From Tetramitus jugosus (taxonomy: Eukaryota > Protista > Heterolobosea), in NCBI GenBank assembly GCA_937625935.1, contig OW569361.1, positions 461,390-525,389 on the forward strand: a stretch of 64,000 nucleotides of DNA. Reading direction: 5' to 3'. The notes under the pieces were generated by a model. That model saw only the letters and a list, made by a program, of their open reading frames with translations, had not been told where the DNA came from and did no database searches. A program made the position numbers and the translations under genes. Shown here in pieces: positions 45,363-56,999 of the stretch. The stretch's first letter is position 1. Every line of letters starts with the position of its first letter.

Positions 45363-48164
45363 ATGAAGAACAGCAGCAACAAATCTCTCTCCCATCTCAA
45401 TCTCACCCAACTCATTCTCTTTCTCTTACCATTTGCTTGCTTACTCGTCTTTTTTCAATCATTCTTTCACCTCTCCCAGACATCACCACCTTCAACAAAG
45501 ACAACTGATCATCATGCAGCAGCAACTGACTTTATTCAATCACAACCTCCATTTTCCAAAATGGTGTTCATCGTGATTGATGCTCTGAGATTTGACTTGT
45601 TTTTCTCTCCTGCTAGTTGTTGTTCTGCTGCTTCTTCGAGTGTTGGTCATGTGGTTGAAACAGGTAATTGTTATCGAATGCCTTTTACACAAAGTAAAGT
45701 AAAGAATGGTGTGAATGCGTTTATCGCGCATGCACATCCTCCGACTGTGACTCTACCTCGATTGAAGAGTATGATGAGTGGTCAGATGCCTCATTTTTTA
45801 GATGTTGTGTTTAATTTGGTTCCCATGAAGACAAAAACAATAAACAGGAAGAAGAAGAAATCGAGGATTGGTGTTGGTTTGAAGCATGCTACCAGTGAGA
45901 ATGAAGATATGGATGATAATCATGTGGAAGATGATCACACATTGCTATACAAGTTAAAAATGGATAAAAAGTGGAGAATGGTACTGTTGGGGGATGAAAC
46001 GTGGACTCGGGTTTCTCCATTGGCTGCTTCTGGACTGTATTTTGAAACGGAGATGAGTGAAACAACAAATTCGTTGTTTGTGACAGATACGGTGCAAGTG
46101 GATTTGAATGTGACGAGAAATTTACCTCGATTGTTGACTCGATCGGCTGATTGGGATCTTTTGGTCATGCATTATCTAGGATTGGATCACATTGGTCATG
46201 TGTATGGTATATCTGATCTGTCAAGCTCGATTTTGAACGCAAAATTGGAAGAGATGGACAAGGTGGTTCAACAAGTGTATGAATATGTGGAATCGAATGA
46301 TCCTGATACGCTAATCGTTGTTTGTAGTGATCACGGGATGACCAATACGGGGAATCATGGTGGTGCATCACCGGCAGAGACGGATGCCACTCTTTTGTTT
46401 TTGAGTCCTCGCTTTGCTGTCCGGAGTGAATCTGTACATACATCGAACGATCAATTGCCTCCCAAAATTAATCAAGTCGATATGGTACCGACATTGTCTT
46501 CTCTATTGGGAGTGAGTACACCGAGCAAAAGTGTTGGACAGCTGATTACCCCATTGTTGGATACTATCTATGATGAGGAAACAGTTCTTCAAATGCTACG
46601 AAACAACTATAATCAATTATTGGAACTCTCGAACAAACCGATGGACAAAATGCCGAATATATCATCGAGAACCGAATTGTTAAGCGCCATTCAAATCATG
46701 AGTAAATCACTAATCGAGCAAAAATCTTCATCGGACGAAGTTGGAATGATGATTGCTCTTATTGGCTTAGCGATCACGTGTATCGCTCTACTGAGATTCC
46801 GACTTTGGGAGAATGATTTAACTTTCATTCCGAGCTTATCGAGAATATCGATGATTCTATTATCATCACTTATATTGGTTCATGTAGTCGACGTTATAAT
46901 GGAGTTCGATTATGTTAGTATCACTCTCCCTCACTATGTTATCGTATGTTCATTGCTGATACTGTATGAAGCTGTCCGATTTCAACCCAATGAGAAATCA
47001 ACGCATCAAGGAGCAGGAGTGATGAAAGTTTTATGTGTATTAGTGTTCGTGATACATACCTTGAGCCTTTCCTCCAGTAGTTTCATTGAAGAAGAGCATA
47101 ACCTCTGGTATTTCTCATGTACCACCATTTTCGTGATGTTCTTGTTATTATCTGTGATGAATAGGGAAAGAAAGCTAGCTATATGTGTGACTCTAGCACT
47201 CGTTACGCATAGAGTAGCTTGTCATTGGCATCAGAGTGGAATCAAATATCAAGATAATCAAGATACTATCGCAACTAATCTTGCACGACATATATCAAGT
47301 GAAACATCCGTCTCTCTTTATTTATTGGCCTGTTGTTTGTATGTGCCTCTGATTTGCTGTTTGATAGTGCGATTTCAATCGAGACTTTGTGTTGGATCCA
47401 CATTTACACAGTTTTTACTAGTAACGACCGCCACTAGTGTATTCTTATTCAAAACTGCCATTGGAATGGTGCCTTCGATCGAACTGGTATATGGAATGGT
47501 CATTGGAAGCATAGTCCTTCATTTCTTTGAATTGAAGAGGAAACAGACCACATGGGATATAGTTCCGCTTCTCATTTCTATCACTCAACTATGGATCTGT
47601 ATCGAAAAGATTGAGAACTGTATGCTCGTTGTCCTCTTTTCTGTCCAAGTGTTTTGTTTGATCAAGGCATTGGAACATTATTCGAGGAGAATGGAGCCAT
47701 GGGAAGCATGTTTTATTTGCTACATGGTGAGTATGTCTGGATTCTATTATTTCGGGCGAAATATTTCCATTTCCTCTGTTGATTTCAGCACAGCTTATCA
47801 AGGCTTGACCGAGTATCGACCAAACTTGATTGGGGCCATTGTATTTCTGCAAATTTACCTGCCGAGACTACTACCCCTTGTGCTTGTACCACTGGCCGTC
47901 AATAGGAAAAAGTGGAACAGTAGCTTCAACATTGCCGTTGTTTCAACTTTGTTCTTTGTCTTAACTTTCCAATTGCTCATGAACAGTGGTATGCTTTTTG
48001 CCATGAAAGCGCACTTGTTTATTTGGAGTGTGTTCTCTCCAAAATATCTATGGGTCGTTGGTGACTGGTTGTGCATGATCATTCTAACTGCCATACAGTT
48101 GATCGCAATTCGCACGTACAACAACAAAGAAGAGCTCCTCGATCGGAATACAAAGCACGCGTAG
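45363..48164 (+). CDS. PIGG: GPI ethanolamine phosphate transferase 2 (PIG-G/GPI7)
   Basis: IDALRFD, PPTVTLPRLK, HYLGLDHIGH, SDHGM...GNHGG and HLFIWSVFSPKY. Confidence 0.9.
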   Translation: MKNSSNKSLSHLNLTQLILFLLPFACLLVFFQSFFHLSQTSPPSTKTTDHHAAATDFIQSQPPFSKMVFIVIDALRFDLFFSPASCCSAASSSVGHVVETGNCYRMPFTQSKVKNGVNAFIAHAHPPTVTLPRLKSMMSGQMPHFLDVVFNLVPMKTKTINRKKKKSRIGVGLKHATSENEDMDDNHVEDDHTLLYKLKMDKKWRMVLLGDETWTRVSPLAASGLYFETEMSETTNSLFVTDTVQVDLNVTRNLPRLLTRSADWDLLVMHYLGLDHIGHVYGISDLSSSILNAKLEEMDKVVQQVYEYVESNDPDTLIVVCSDHGMTNTGNHGGASPAETDATLLFLSPRFAVRSESVHTSNDQLPPKINQVDMVPTLSSLLGVSTPSKSVGQLITPLLDTIYDEETVLQMLRNNYNQLLELSNKPMDKMPNISSRTELLSAIQIMSKSLIEQKSSSDEVGMMIALIGLAITCIALLRFRLWENDLTFIPSLSRISMILLSSLILVHVVDVIMEFDYVSITLPHYVIVCSLLILYEAVRFQPNEKSTHQGAGVMKVLCVLVFVIHTLSLSSSSFIEEEHNLWYFSCTTIFVMFLLLSVMNRERKLAICVTLALVTHRVACHWHQSGIKYQDNQDTIATNLARHISSETSVSLYLLACCLYVPLICCLIVRFQSRLCVGSTFTQFLLVTTATSVFLFKTAIGMVPSIELVYGMVIGSIVLHFFELKRKQTTWDIVPLLISITQLWICIEKIENCMLVVLFSVQVFCLIKALEHYSRRMEPWEACFICYMVSMSGFYYFGRNISISSVDFSTAYQGLTEYRPNLIGAIVFLQIYLPRLLPLVLVPLAVNRKKWNSSFNIAVVSTLFFVLTFQLLMNSGMLFAMKAHLFIWSVFSPKYLWVVGDWLCMIILTAIQLIAIRTYNNKEELLDRNTKHA

Positions 48165-48332
48165 TTCGGCAAAGGAACAATTCACACGCAGCCGCGCCTT
48201 TGACATCTTCCTGGGCCTCACTCAAAAATCCTGTCGGCAAAACTAGAGAACAAAATTCTGAGCTCCGATCGACTTGCAGTTTCGTGGGAACAACAAAACA
48301 CCAAAACAAACACAACAACAAATTGATCATAA

Positions 48333-49612
48333 ATGGCAATCATACCCACATGGCTCGTGACATCCGTCACAGCCTTAGCTCCCTCACTGTACGTCTCTTC
48401 TTCATTATTGACAATCATCCTTTTCTTGTTGCAACAACTGATTGACTGACTCACACTCCATTCACACTCTATTCACACTCCTTTCACATGTAAAACATTC
48501 ACAAAATCAATAGAGCTTGGCGTGAGATTGGTGGACCTGCTATTGCATTCACCTTTCTTCGAACATTCATCTTTGGTAAACAGTTGCGTTCTGTCGAGTA
48601 TCCCTATGGTGATTTAAAGACGATTAATGTTCGATTGGCCACTGTCAATGCCATCAAGAAACAAATTGCTGAGGCCAATGGTTTCACCGATATTAGAGAC
48701 ATTAAGCAATTGCACAGGTATGAAGACAATTTTTGGACGGAGCAATTGTTGACTCCAAAGGACATTAGAAGCTTGAACGACAACAATTGGATTCTGTGGA
48801 GTCGGAGTTATACGGCCATTCCGACAAAGAATGTCAATATGAAGGAATTGAACAGTTTGGACAATTTGAAGAAGAATATGAGTGGTATTGGTTCCATTCT
48901 TGACGAAGGTGATGAAGATTTTGTGTTGAAGACGGCTGCCGCTGTTGTAAACGAAGGAACTTCTCACATTGTTGACACAATGGTTGACAAGACATCTGTG
49001 GGTGGTGCAGCAATGACAGAAGGTGCAACGACGACAACTTCTGGTGCTCATCCTTCACATGCTCCTAGTAAGGAAAAGGGCAGTGCAGCGGATATCTATA
49101 GTGATCGATACAAGATTTCGTTAAATGCGGTCAAGATTACTGCAATGAATTATGTATCACAGTGCAGACACGACTCATTCTTCCCTGATGGAGTAGAAGG
49201 AGGTCCATTGACTGAACGTGAATATCAAATATTGATTGATCTTTTGCTTGATGAAGATTCCTACTTAATTTCATTGTATCATAACTTTAAGGATGACCCA
49301 AAGTTATTTGTAAAGTATGCCAGGAAAAAGGCACAAGATTTTATCCGAAGAGAAAAGGAGAAGAAGGATTTGAAGGAGGCAATTGCAAGCAAAAAGCCGT
49401 TGGAAGAAGTGTTCGCCGGTCCAGCAATGCAATGGGACTCCATGTCAGAGGAAGCGAGACGCAAAACCAAAATGACCAATCTTATCTCCGAGTACAAGAC
49501 CGGAAAGAGTCTAGTGGAAGACATTATCCATCCAGAGTCAACTCAGAACGACAAGACAAGAGAAAAGGAACAACAATCGACTCAAACTGCTCAAGTCACG
49601 ACCTCAATCTAA
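48333..49612 (+). CDS. Hypothetical protein, 2 exons (48333-48388, 48514-49612)
   Basis: GTACGT donor at 48389 and TAG acceptor at 48513 join in frame. Confidence 0.7.
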
Positions 49613-49695
49613 GCTCAGTAAACGAAACTAATTATTATTACTCCGACTCGCATCTACGGATTATTTTCGCCGACAAGCACAAGAACTCAAGCTTG

Positions 49696-50358
49696 ATGAC
49701 CTCAACTGAACAACAATACGTAACTCTCAGTAGTAATGAAGTGGAACAACTAATTCAAGCAAAGTGTAAGGCAAACAGGATTGCTCGCCTGTTAGAAACC
49801 AGGAAACAAGCCAAGAACCAAGCGGCCAAGCTCAGAGAGGATTACAAACAGAAGAAAAGGGATCAGAAGGAGCAATACTTGAACGAATCCAAATCTCATT
49901 GGGAAGAGGAGCGAAGGAATCACCTGTTAGAGCTAGAAAAGGAGTTGCAAGTGGCAAATCATCAAGTAGGGAATGCCTACGTTGATGCTAGGCAGTGGAA
50001 CGAACAAGCGTACGAATTTGCTCAACAGCAGCAACAATTGCGCAAGGAATGCACGGCGAGAGAGCAAAAACGGTTCCGAAATGCACTACAACAACAAAGA
50101 TATGACCATCACAAGCAGAGTGAGCCCAACGTCGTACAACAGAGCATCAAAAATCAAGTGAGAGCTCATGAGAACAAGATATCGAGGGACGTTGTCGTTC
50201 AGAAACACAAAAGAGAAGCTATGGAATCACACGGCACCAAACCCAATTTTCAGAAGGCAATCCACAAAACAAAATTGAATGATTTTGAAGATTTCATGCA
50301 TATGAAAGCTTCCAGAAGAATTCGTACAGAACAAATGAAGAGTCGCAGGAATATCTAA
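49696..50358 (+). CDS. Short coiled-coil protein resembling the CEP295/Ana1 N-terminal (DDC8-like) domain
   Basis: LSSNE...RIARLLETRKQAK...W...L..VGNAY..A pattern. Confidence 0.45.
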   Translation: MTSTEQQYVTLSSNEVEQLIQAKCKANRIARLLETRKQAKNQAAKLREDYKQKKRDQKEQYLNESKSHWEEERRNHLLELEKELQVANHQVGNAYVDARQWNEQAYEFAQQQQQLRKECTAREQKRFRNALQQQRYDHHKQSEPNVVQQSIKNQVRAHENKISRDVVVQKHKREAMESHGTKPNFQKAIHKTKLNDFEDFMHMKASRRIRTEQMKSRRNI

Positions 50359-50400
50359 TATTGCTATTTACGGTTAATACACTACACAAATCTTGTGTGA

Positions 50401-51420
50401 TTACATGGCTTCCTCATCTACTGGAAACGTTTGTTGACTCTTCATCTCAGTGCTGTTCAAGCTCTTTCCTACATCCTCAAACTTCACCTTGAGAGCACTC
50501 AACGAACCATAGAGTACGAGTACCACCCAAACGAAAATAATCAACGAGATTGTCAATAAAATGGCACTGATCATGTACACGAATAGGCTGCTCGATCCAA
50601 AACCTGGCGCAGCAGCACTCAACAATAATGTCACAAGAGCGACAATCGAAACGAGAATCAACAACACTCCATAGATGACAGCACGGATTGCCTGAGGTCT
50701 CTTCTCACTATCACCTCTCGTTGCTCTAGCCATAATGATTACATACGTAATCATGAGGATCAAACTAACCAAGAAGTATAGTGCGAGAGAGACACAAATA
50801 ATGCCAGTAATCACATAGAGAATCATCATTCCTTGTTCATTGGAGTACGTTTGAACGAGTCCATAAGCAATATTGATGCCAAACAGCAGTGGAAGTTCGA
50901 CAACAGTGAAAATAATACCAATGGTCCACAGGAAGATCGTCAGGCCCTTGATGGTTCTCTCTGACAGAATCTTTGCTGTCTTGCACACCAGATTCATATG
51001 ATAGAGAATAATGAGCAATTGGTATTGGAGCAGGGCATAAAGTAGGATGAGACAAGTGGAGGAAAGACCTTGGAATGTTTCATTCACAGCATTGATAGTC
51101 TTCCTGTTCCTGCCAGCCAATAAAGACAAGTAACTGACGAGAGTCATGACACTGTTCATGATCTGAACAACCGGAGTACACAACAGACAAGCAAACAAGA
51201 TTTTCTTGGTCTTTACAATGTCGAACCGAGTGAGAGCCACTAGAATGATGGGTGGAATACTGAGGATAAAGATGGGAATGAAGAAGCAATGCAGTCCTAC
51301 TACTGCCCACTCTTGAGCAGTGAGTTGATAGTTTGGCAAAGGATTGCTCACTGTCTGATTCTTGCTTGCTGCATTCAACTCTAGCAGAGTCTCAAATCCA
51401 AATGTAATCATATCTTTCAT
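50401..51420 (-). CDS. Multi-pass (~7 TM) membrane protein, GPCR-like topology
   Basis: About seven hydrophobic segments; ATG at 51420. Confidence 0.7.
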   Translation of the reverse strand: MKDMITFGFETLLELNAASKNQTVSNPLPNYQLTAQEWAVVGLHCFFIPIFILSIPPIILVALTRFDIVKTKKILFACLLCTPVVQIMNSVMTLVSYLSLLAGRNRKTINAVNETFQGLSSTCLILLYALLQYQLLIILYHMNLVCKTAKILSERTIKGLTIFLWTIGIIFTVVELPLLFGINIAYGLVQTYSNEQGMMILYVITGIICVSLALYFLVSLILMITYVIIMARATRGDSEKRPQAIRAVIYGVLLILVSIVALVTLLLSAAAPGFGSSSLFVYMISAILLTISLIIFVWVVLVLYGSLSALKVKFEDVGKSLNSTEMKSQQTFPVDEEAM

Positions 51421-51875
51421 CTCTCTAATGGAAAAGCTCTCTCCAAGTTGGTGTTTTGGTGTGTTGGTTTGTTGGTTTTTGTTGTGGGAGAGTGTGGGAA
51501 GTTTTTGAGTTGGTGGTGTTGGTGTTTGTAGTAGCCACTGATGGGTGCCTATTAAGGGACTATAGTCTTGCATGCAAATGAGGTGTAGCTTCACAAACCA
51601 AAGTTGACGGATGTCCAAAGTGGCATAAAAATAGCCTGCTGATCCTTTTTGTCCATTCCCTTTTCAGGAAGTTTTGCATCGTCAATTTCAGCAACCAAGA
51701 CGCTTCCAATAATCAAAAGGTGCATGATACCGCTTATTCTTGGTCGTGTTAGGTATTACTTCAGTTCAATATTCTCCGGAGCATGTCATTCGTGCGAAGG
51801 AAAGTGTCAGTTTTCTAGTACTACGACAGGTAGATGTTCAATTTGTTACAGGTGATGTTTTATTGAAAAAGTATA

Positions 51876-52739
51876 TTAGTTCTTTGTGGCAACAATGACA
51901 TGTGCTTGGACTTGAATTTCAGCCAGTCCTTCCTCATTGGTACGCTCCTTCAGAATATCAATCAAACTCTTCTCCACGAGCTCCATCGATCGAGGGTTTT
52001 CTGTCATGAAGAAGGCACGACTATATTGATACAGTCTCTCGACCAACTGATCCAATGGTTCATAGTAAGAATGCGAAATGGTGTGGATCTCGAAGTCTGG
52101 TAATCCTCCTTCCTCCATAAGGTTCTTGATGACATCCTTGTCCTCCATGGCAACGATCGGACCCAGATTTAGTTTGACCACCCCAGCTACATCGAGTGCC
52201 CTCATGAGCGCCAGATTGGGGTATTGATTGGTCCATGTGGCAATCACAGCCTTTCCATTCTTCTTCAATACTCGATTCATCTGTCGAATACCTTTGGCAA
52301 TATCCTGGAAGAAGATGACACCCATGAGAGAGAATGCATAATCGAATTTTTCATCTTCAAAGGTCAATGCCTGTCCATCCATGACTTCAAAGTGAACCAA
52401 GTCACTCCATTCTTCATCTCGACTATTCTTTTGAGCAGCATCAATCATACCCTGAGAAAAGTCCACTCCATAGATGCTTGCACGTGGTGGAGTTTGAGTT
52501 TTCTTGTCTTCTTCTTTTTCATGTTGGACAAACAACTTTGCAACCTCTCTTGCAACGAGACCTGAGCCCGTCGCAACATCCAACACAGTTACTTCATCCG
52601 ACTGAAGGCTGGTGGTGATGCCGGATAGTTGGATCATCTGTTGCGCATAGAAGCCCAGAAAGTGAATGGCAAAGGAATCATCAATGGCCTTGGCTGACTT
52701 GTCCCAGTGTGCAGGATCATACAAAAAGTTGAAAGACAT
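51876..52739 (-). CDS. Class I SAM-dependent methyltransferase (UbiE-like)
   Basis: VLDVATGSG, GVDFSQGMI, MDGQALTFEDEKFD and RVLKKNG. Confidence 0.92.
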   Translation of the reverse strand: MSFNFLYDPAHWDKSAKAIDDSFAIHFLGFYAQQMIQLSGITTSLQSDEVTVLDVATGSGLVAREVAKLFVQHEKEEDKKTQTPPRASIYGVDFSQGMIDAAQKNSRDEEWSDLVHFEVMDGQALTFEDEKFDYAFSLMGVIFFQDIAKGIRQMNRVLKKNGKAVIATWTNQYPNLALMRALDVAGVVKLNLGPIVAMEDKDVIKNLMEEGGLPDFEIHTISHSYYEPLDQLVERLYQYSRAFFMTENPRSMELVEKSLIDILKERTNEEGLAEIQVQAHVIVATKN

Positions 52740-52800
52740 TATTGTGTTTTGGTTGGTTTTTTGGTTGGTTTTTGTTTGCCTTCGTTGGCTTTTTTAAGGG

Positions 52801-52835
52801 GTGCGGAGTGCGGACATGGTGCGGACATGGTGCGG
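52801..52835. repeat. Short tandem GTGCGGACATG repeat upstream of the methyltransferase
   Basis: gtgcgga gtgcggacatg gtgcggacatg gtgcgg. Confidence 0.7.
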
Positions 52836-53868
52836 GGTGGACAGAACGATCGGAAATTTGAAATATATTGCTGCGTGACTGCAGATTCAAGTGTAATTCA
52901 TATCAACCCACAGGAAGTTAAACTTTGCTTCTCCATCGGCATTCATGGCAAAGTAATCATACTCTGAAGTATCAAGCTTAGCAACAGGATCATATGTTAT
53001 CCGATTCCTAAGTCCAAGTACGTTCTCTGTATTTTGGATTTGATTCTGCATTGACTAATGCAAACAACGGAAATGGTGTGGTGAAGACGTCATGCACATG
53101 TATCGAACGAGCCCAAGTAATTCCAGAGGAATATAACAAAAGCTAAATCTAAATCTAACTGTGGAAGTGCATCAAACCGCCATTTAGTTCATCGACCCCG
53201 AGTTCAACGCTACATATCAGTGGTGAATCGTTTGTAGTACATATTGTGTAACAGAAGAAAAACTGGGAATATTCAATGTAGAATCAATAGAAGCAGGGTG
53301 GTTGTGTCTCGTTGTTAACAACATGTACATGAAAGTGAACGGTTTTGTTGAGGAAACTTCAAGGGATTTCCTGAGAAGTGGGAGATCCGGCGTTCGCAAT
53401 GAGACACTGATAGAGGATCCAAGACTATGGCGCGAGAGGTGAAATTCAGTGACCGCTATATGACTATCTAATGCGAAAGCAGTTGTGATCCAGAGCGTGT
53501 CTGTCAATCAGGGACGAAAGTTAAGGGATAGAAGATATTAGATACCGTCGTAGTAACAAGGTGATACTACCTAAAACAAAAAGGGGAGAAAAAACAAAAG
53601 GAGTATAGGATGGCTATCTCTTCTATCTTCAAGTTTGAACAACGTGTCAATAGCCTGATCCAGAACAACATCCCATTCAGAATTGTTCTCCATGCGATTG
53701 GGTTGAGTCATCTTGATATTGCAGTTGCTTTTGCTGATTCTTCTCAAACCTTGCTTCCATCAATTATTGAAAACGAGAGCAGTTGGGAACTCATTCAAAC
53801 GGACGGTGATCAAACTCTTCCCCTGGAGATGTCCTGCAATTGCACCAATTTCGGTGAGAATACCATTA

Positions 53869-54105
53869 TTACAGCAGTGACGGATGTTCAAGTTTCAAAC
53901 TATCTGGCAAATATTCGAAGTTCCAAGGAGAATCACTTAGAGCAATCAATGCTAGTTCCTTGTCATTTCTCAGATCAGTAGGTAAATGACTGAAATAATG
54001 AGTATCGTGAAGAAAGAAAATGTTCCAAATACTTCCACATTGGATAGCAGTCACAGAAGAACCAACCACTTCTGCTTTGCTATTGTTGGCAGGCATTGAG
54101 TACAT
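53869..54105 (-). pseudogene. DUF4116-like repeat fragment
   Basis: FSHLPTDLRNDKELALIALSDSPWNFEYLPDSLK, flanked by stops. Confidence 0.6.
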
Positions 54106-54367
54106 AAATAATCGTGCAAACTCTATCTCTTAATAACTTCTCTTCAATGCATAACTTCGAGCTACTGCTTTTCAGTTGTCTATTTTGTTTCATTTCGAGC
54201 CACAAAATAGTTCATATATTTCATCATCCCATATAATAATCTTTTATAATAAGTCCGTTGTACATTTCTATTTGGTAAGCACAACCTCCGACTAACAGCA
54301 TGTTTTCATAGCAACACCTCACAGCTATACCCCAGGTTGACCTCCTCCACCTTCAGTCAGGAATTAA

Positions 54368-55955
54368 ATGAACGAAAATGGACCAGTACCCAATTTGTTT
54401 CCAAGGTCATCCTATTCTCCTAGTGGAGGGTATCCTGGAATGCATTACCCCAAGGGCAAGTTTTATATTAGAAGAATGCGTATTGCAACGAACTGTGATC
54501 TCACAGATAGTCCCAGATCGCAGGGCTATCGTGTGGAGCCATTGATTCTAAGTGGACAAGCAGCGAACAACGGAGTTCTGTTGTATGACGATCAACGAAA
54601 GGCTATTATGGTAGATCAGAACATAAGAGAATGTTAGTATGCGGGGATAGCTTAATCTAGCAGCGTTCAACCTGACCTCTCATTGCACAAGGTGTTTGTG
54701 ACTTTTTGTGATGATGGACGAAGACCGGTGGATGATCTAGAAAACTTGTACGGCTTTCATGAAGTGATTGTCAAACAAAGTGACTCCGTGGAGTGTTGTT
54801 TCCTGGAGCTGGTGGATCACGCATTCAAGAGATGCTCCAAGTATACTGTTTATAGAGATGCTCTGTTTGGTTGCTTGTTTGCTGATGGTCTTAATGTTAG
54901 AATTGATGACTCTCTAAGAGATCTGATCAAAAAGAATCAGAAGACTGATGAGGAGACATACAAGGAGTTAGAAGCATTCGCAGAAGGTGCACTTGACTAT
55001 CTGTTATTGTTTGGTATGGTACCCATGTATATTGATGGTAGAGGAAACGTAAGTGTTCCTCCATTAGATTCAGGTATGATGTATATGAAATGGGATGCTA
55101 AGAAGAGAGTGACAGATTACTTCTGGATCTGGAGACAGAAGGGTATCAATCAAACACAAATGATTGAACTGAAGGTAGATAAGAAGGTTGTATTCTATGA
55201 GGCAAACAAGCCTACTTGGGATGGTGGTCTGAGCAGTGCAATGGCCAAGATCTTACCAGAATTCAATGATCTGGAAGAGTATAAGAAACTAGACAAAAGA
55301 AGCAGAACAGAAGAGAACAAAGAGTCAGCACTTCTATCAAGAGAAGTTCCCTCCATTTGGTCAAGATCAGTTCAATAACTTTTCCTTGTATCAACATAGA
55401 GAATTAGAAGAACAGATGGCTAAAGTAACAATGGAGAAGGGACCACAATACAACTCACAGTTCCAGCAGCAGATCGCTTCCTTGTATGCAGCAACGGCTC
55501 CAGCTAGTAACACAGGTGGTATTGGAGCAGCGTTTTCGAGTACTACTGATGCTTTCAACGTGATTGATGCACCTATACTAGACAACGCATCAAAACGATT
55601 TGGTAGCGCTGACAGCGAAAGAGTAGGACCTCTTCTGGAGTTAGTTCAAGTAACAAGACCTCCAGTGAATGCCAGATTGTTGGATATGAAGAGGGACTTT
55701 GATTCTAGATTATCAGAGGCAATTGCATTCTCTTCTCAGTCAGGCGGTAGAGAATCGTCAAGTAATAACATGTTGAAGGAGTCTGTGTCTCTACAGAAGA
55801 CCATAGCTAATAACAAGATCAAGAAAGTACAACAACACATCGAGAGGATCTTAACCATGGCACATGATAGAAGAATGAAAATAGATCAAGAATGTCTATT
55901 ATTGGAAATAAGGATGAAGTTCCAGAAGAAATTAAATCTTCAGAAGAATGGATAA
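54368..55955 (+). pseudogene. Disrupted gene resembling a viral portal protein (possibly mirusvirus-like)
   Basis: Two in-frame stops (54635, 54653) and a frameshift at ~55380. Motifs FAEGALDYLLLFGMVP...VPP and PTWDGGLSSAMAKILPEF. Confidence 0.5.
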
Positions 55956-55977
55956 TAGTGAATGAAGAACTGTCAGT

Positions 55978-56757
55978 TTAATAATCTTCATCGAATTCTT
56001 GATCCTTCTGTTTAGTAATAATTGTATCAGAAGTAAAAAGCCATATTTGATTATTATTCATTTCAAATAGATATTCACTACGTTTGGCAAATGTTCCACT
56101 AGATACTTTTGATTTCAATGAATTAATGGATTGAAGTAATTCACGATATTTAGTTCTTTGTTCCATTGGAAAGTGAACATCTGTGACACTGCATCTACTT
56201 GGATCTAATTCATAGTTATCTTCCATTAAATGATCCGAACACACTTTAATTTCTGGTAGTGAGCTATTGAAATTGACATAATATTCTTCATCTATTGTTG
56301 TCACTTCATCTATATCATTAGTTGTGACAATATCTTCACGATCATCTGAAGAGTGTAACCTCAAGTCAAAACTTTTATCAATCTCAATCTCTAGAGTTAA
56401 ATGGCTCCTTTGTTCAGTGTCACTGTCATCATCACTTCCATATGCTGCATCAACCCAAGCTTCATACGATCCAAACAATGTTTCAGAATATCCCTTACTT
56501 TTGCTAATAAATGAACGATACAGTTCCAGTTGTTCATTGAAAATCATTGGTGTCACAATTGATTTCCAATTAGAACACACTAATAGTATTGCATGTTTCT
56601 TCTTGAATTGCAAGTATTGAAATATCTGTTCTAATAGTTCAGCTGGTACACTTCCAAACAATCTACTGAATTCAGGAGTCGCTGTTGTATTAGCAACAGG
56701 ATTTAACTTTCTCTTCTTATTTGTACTTTGTATGCCTCCGCGTTGTCTTCTCGTCAT
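55978..56757 (-). CDS. F-box protein
   Basis: FGSVPAELLEQIFQYL...LLVCSNWKSIV; N-terminal KKRK. Confidence 0.85.
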   Translation of the reverse strand: MTRRQRGGIQSTNKKRKLNPVANTTATPEFSRLFGSVPAELLEQIFQYLQFKKKHAILLVCSNWKSIVTPMIFNEQLELYRSFISKSKGYSETLFGSYEAWVDAAYGSDDDSDTEQRSHLTLEIEIDKSFDLRLHSSDDREDIVTTNDIDEVTTIDEEYYVNFNSSLPEIKVCSDHLMEDNYELDPSRCSVTDVHFPMEQRTKYRELLQSINSLKSKVSSGTFAKRSEYLFEMNNNQIWLFTSDTIITKQKDQEFDEDY

Positions 56758-56999
56758 TTATTTTGCGTGTGTGACAAGTGATCGATTGGCGCCAAAAAGT
56801 ATCGTTTCAAAAACAACAATGAAAAGAATAGCAAGTGAAATATTTCGAAATCACAGGGGGGTCATGTGACAATAGAGAAGTGAGGAAAGTTGTGCAAATG
56901 ACTTGAAACTGACTGTGTAGCATATGCTACTGTTATTGTTATGATATGTGTGTTGCGAGCGGTTCATGTTGTTGCATGATTCGAATAATCAATACCTTG

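Noticed and set aside
56917-56930. Perfect palindrome GTAGCATATGCTAC, like the EBV EBNA1 site core
   Set aside because: Single copy with no supporting context; likely chance or a local hairpin downstream of the transposase.
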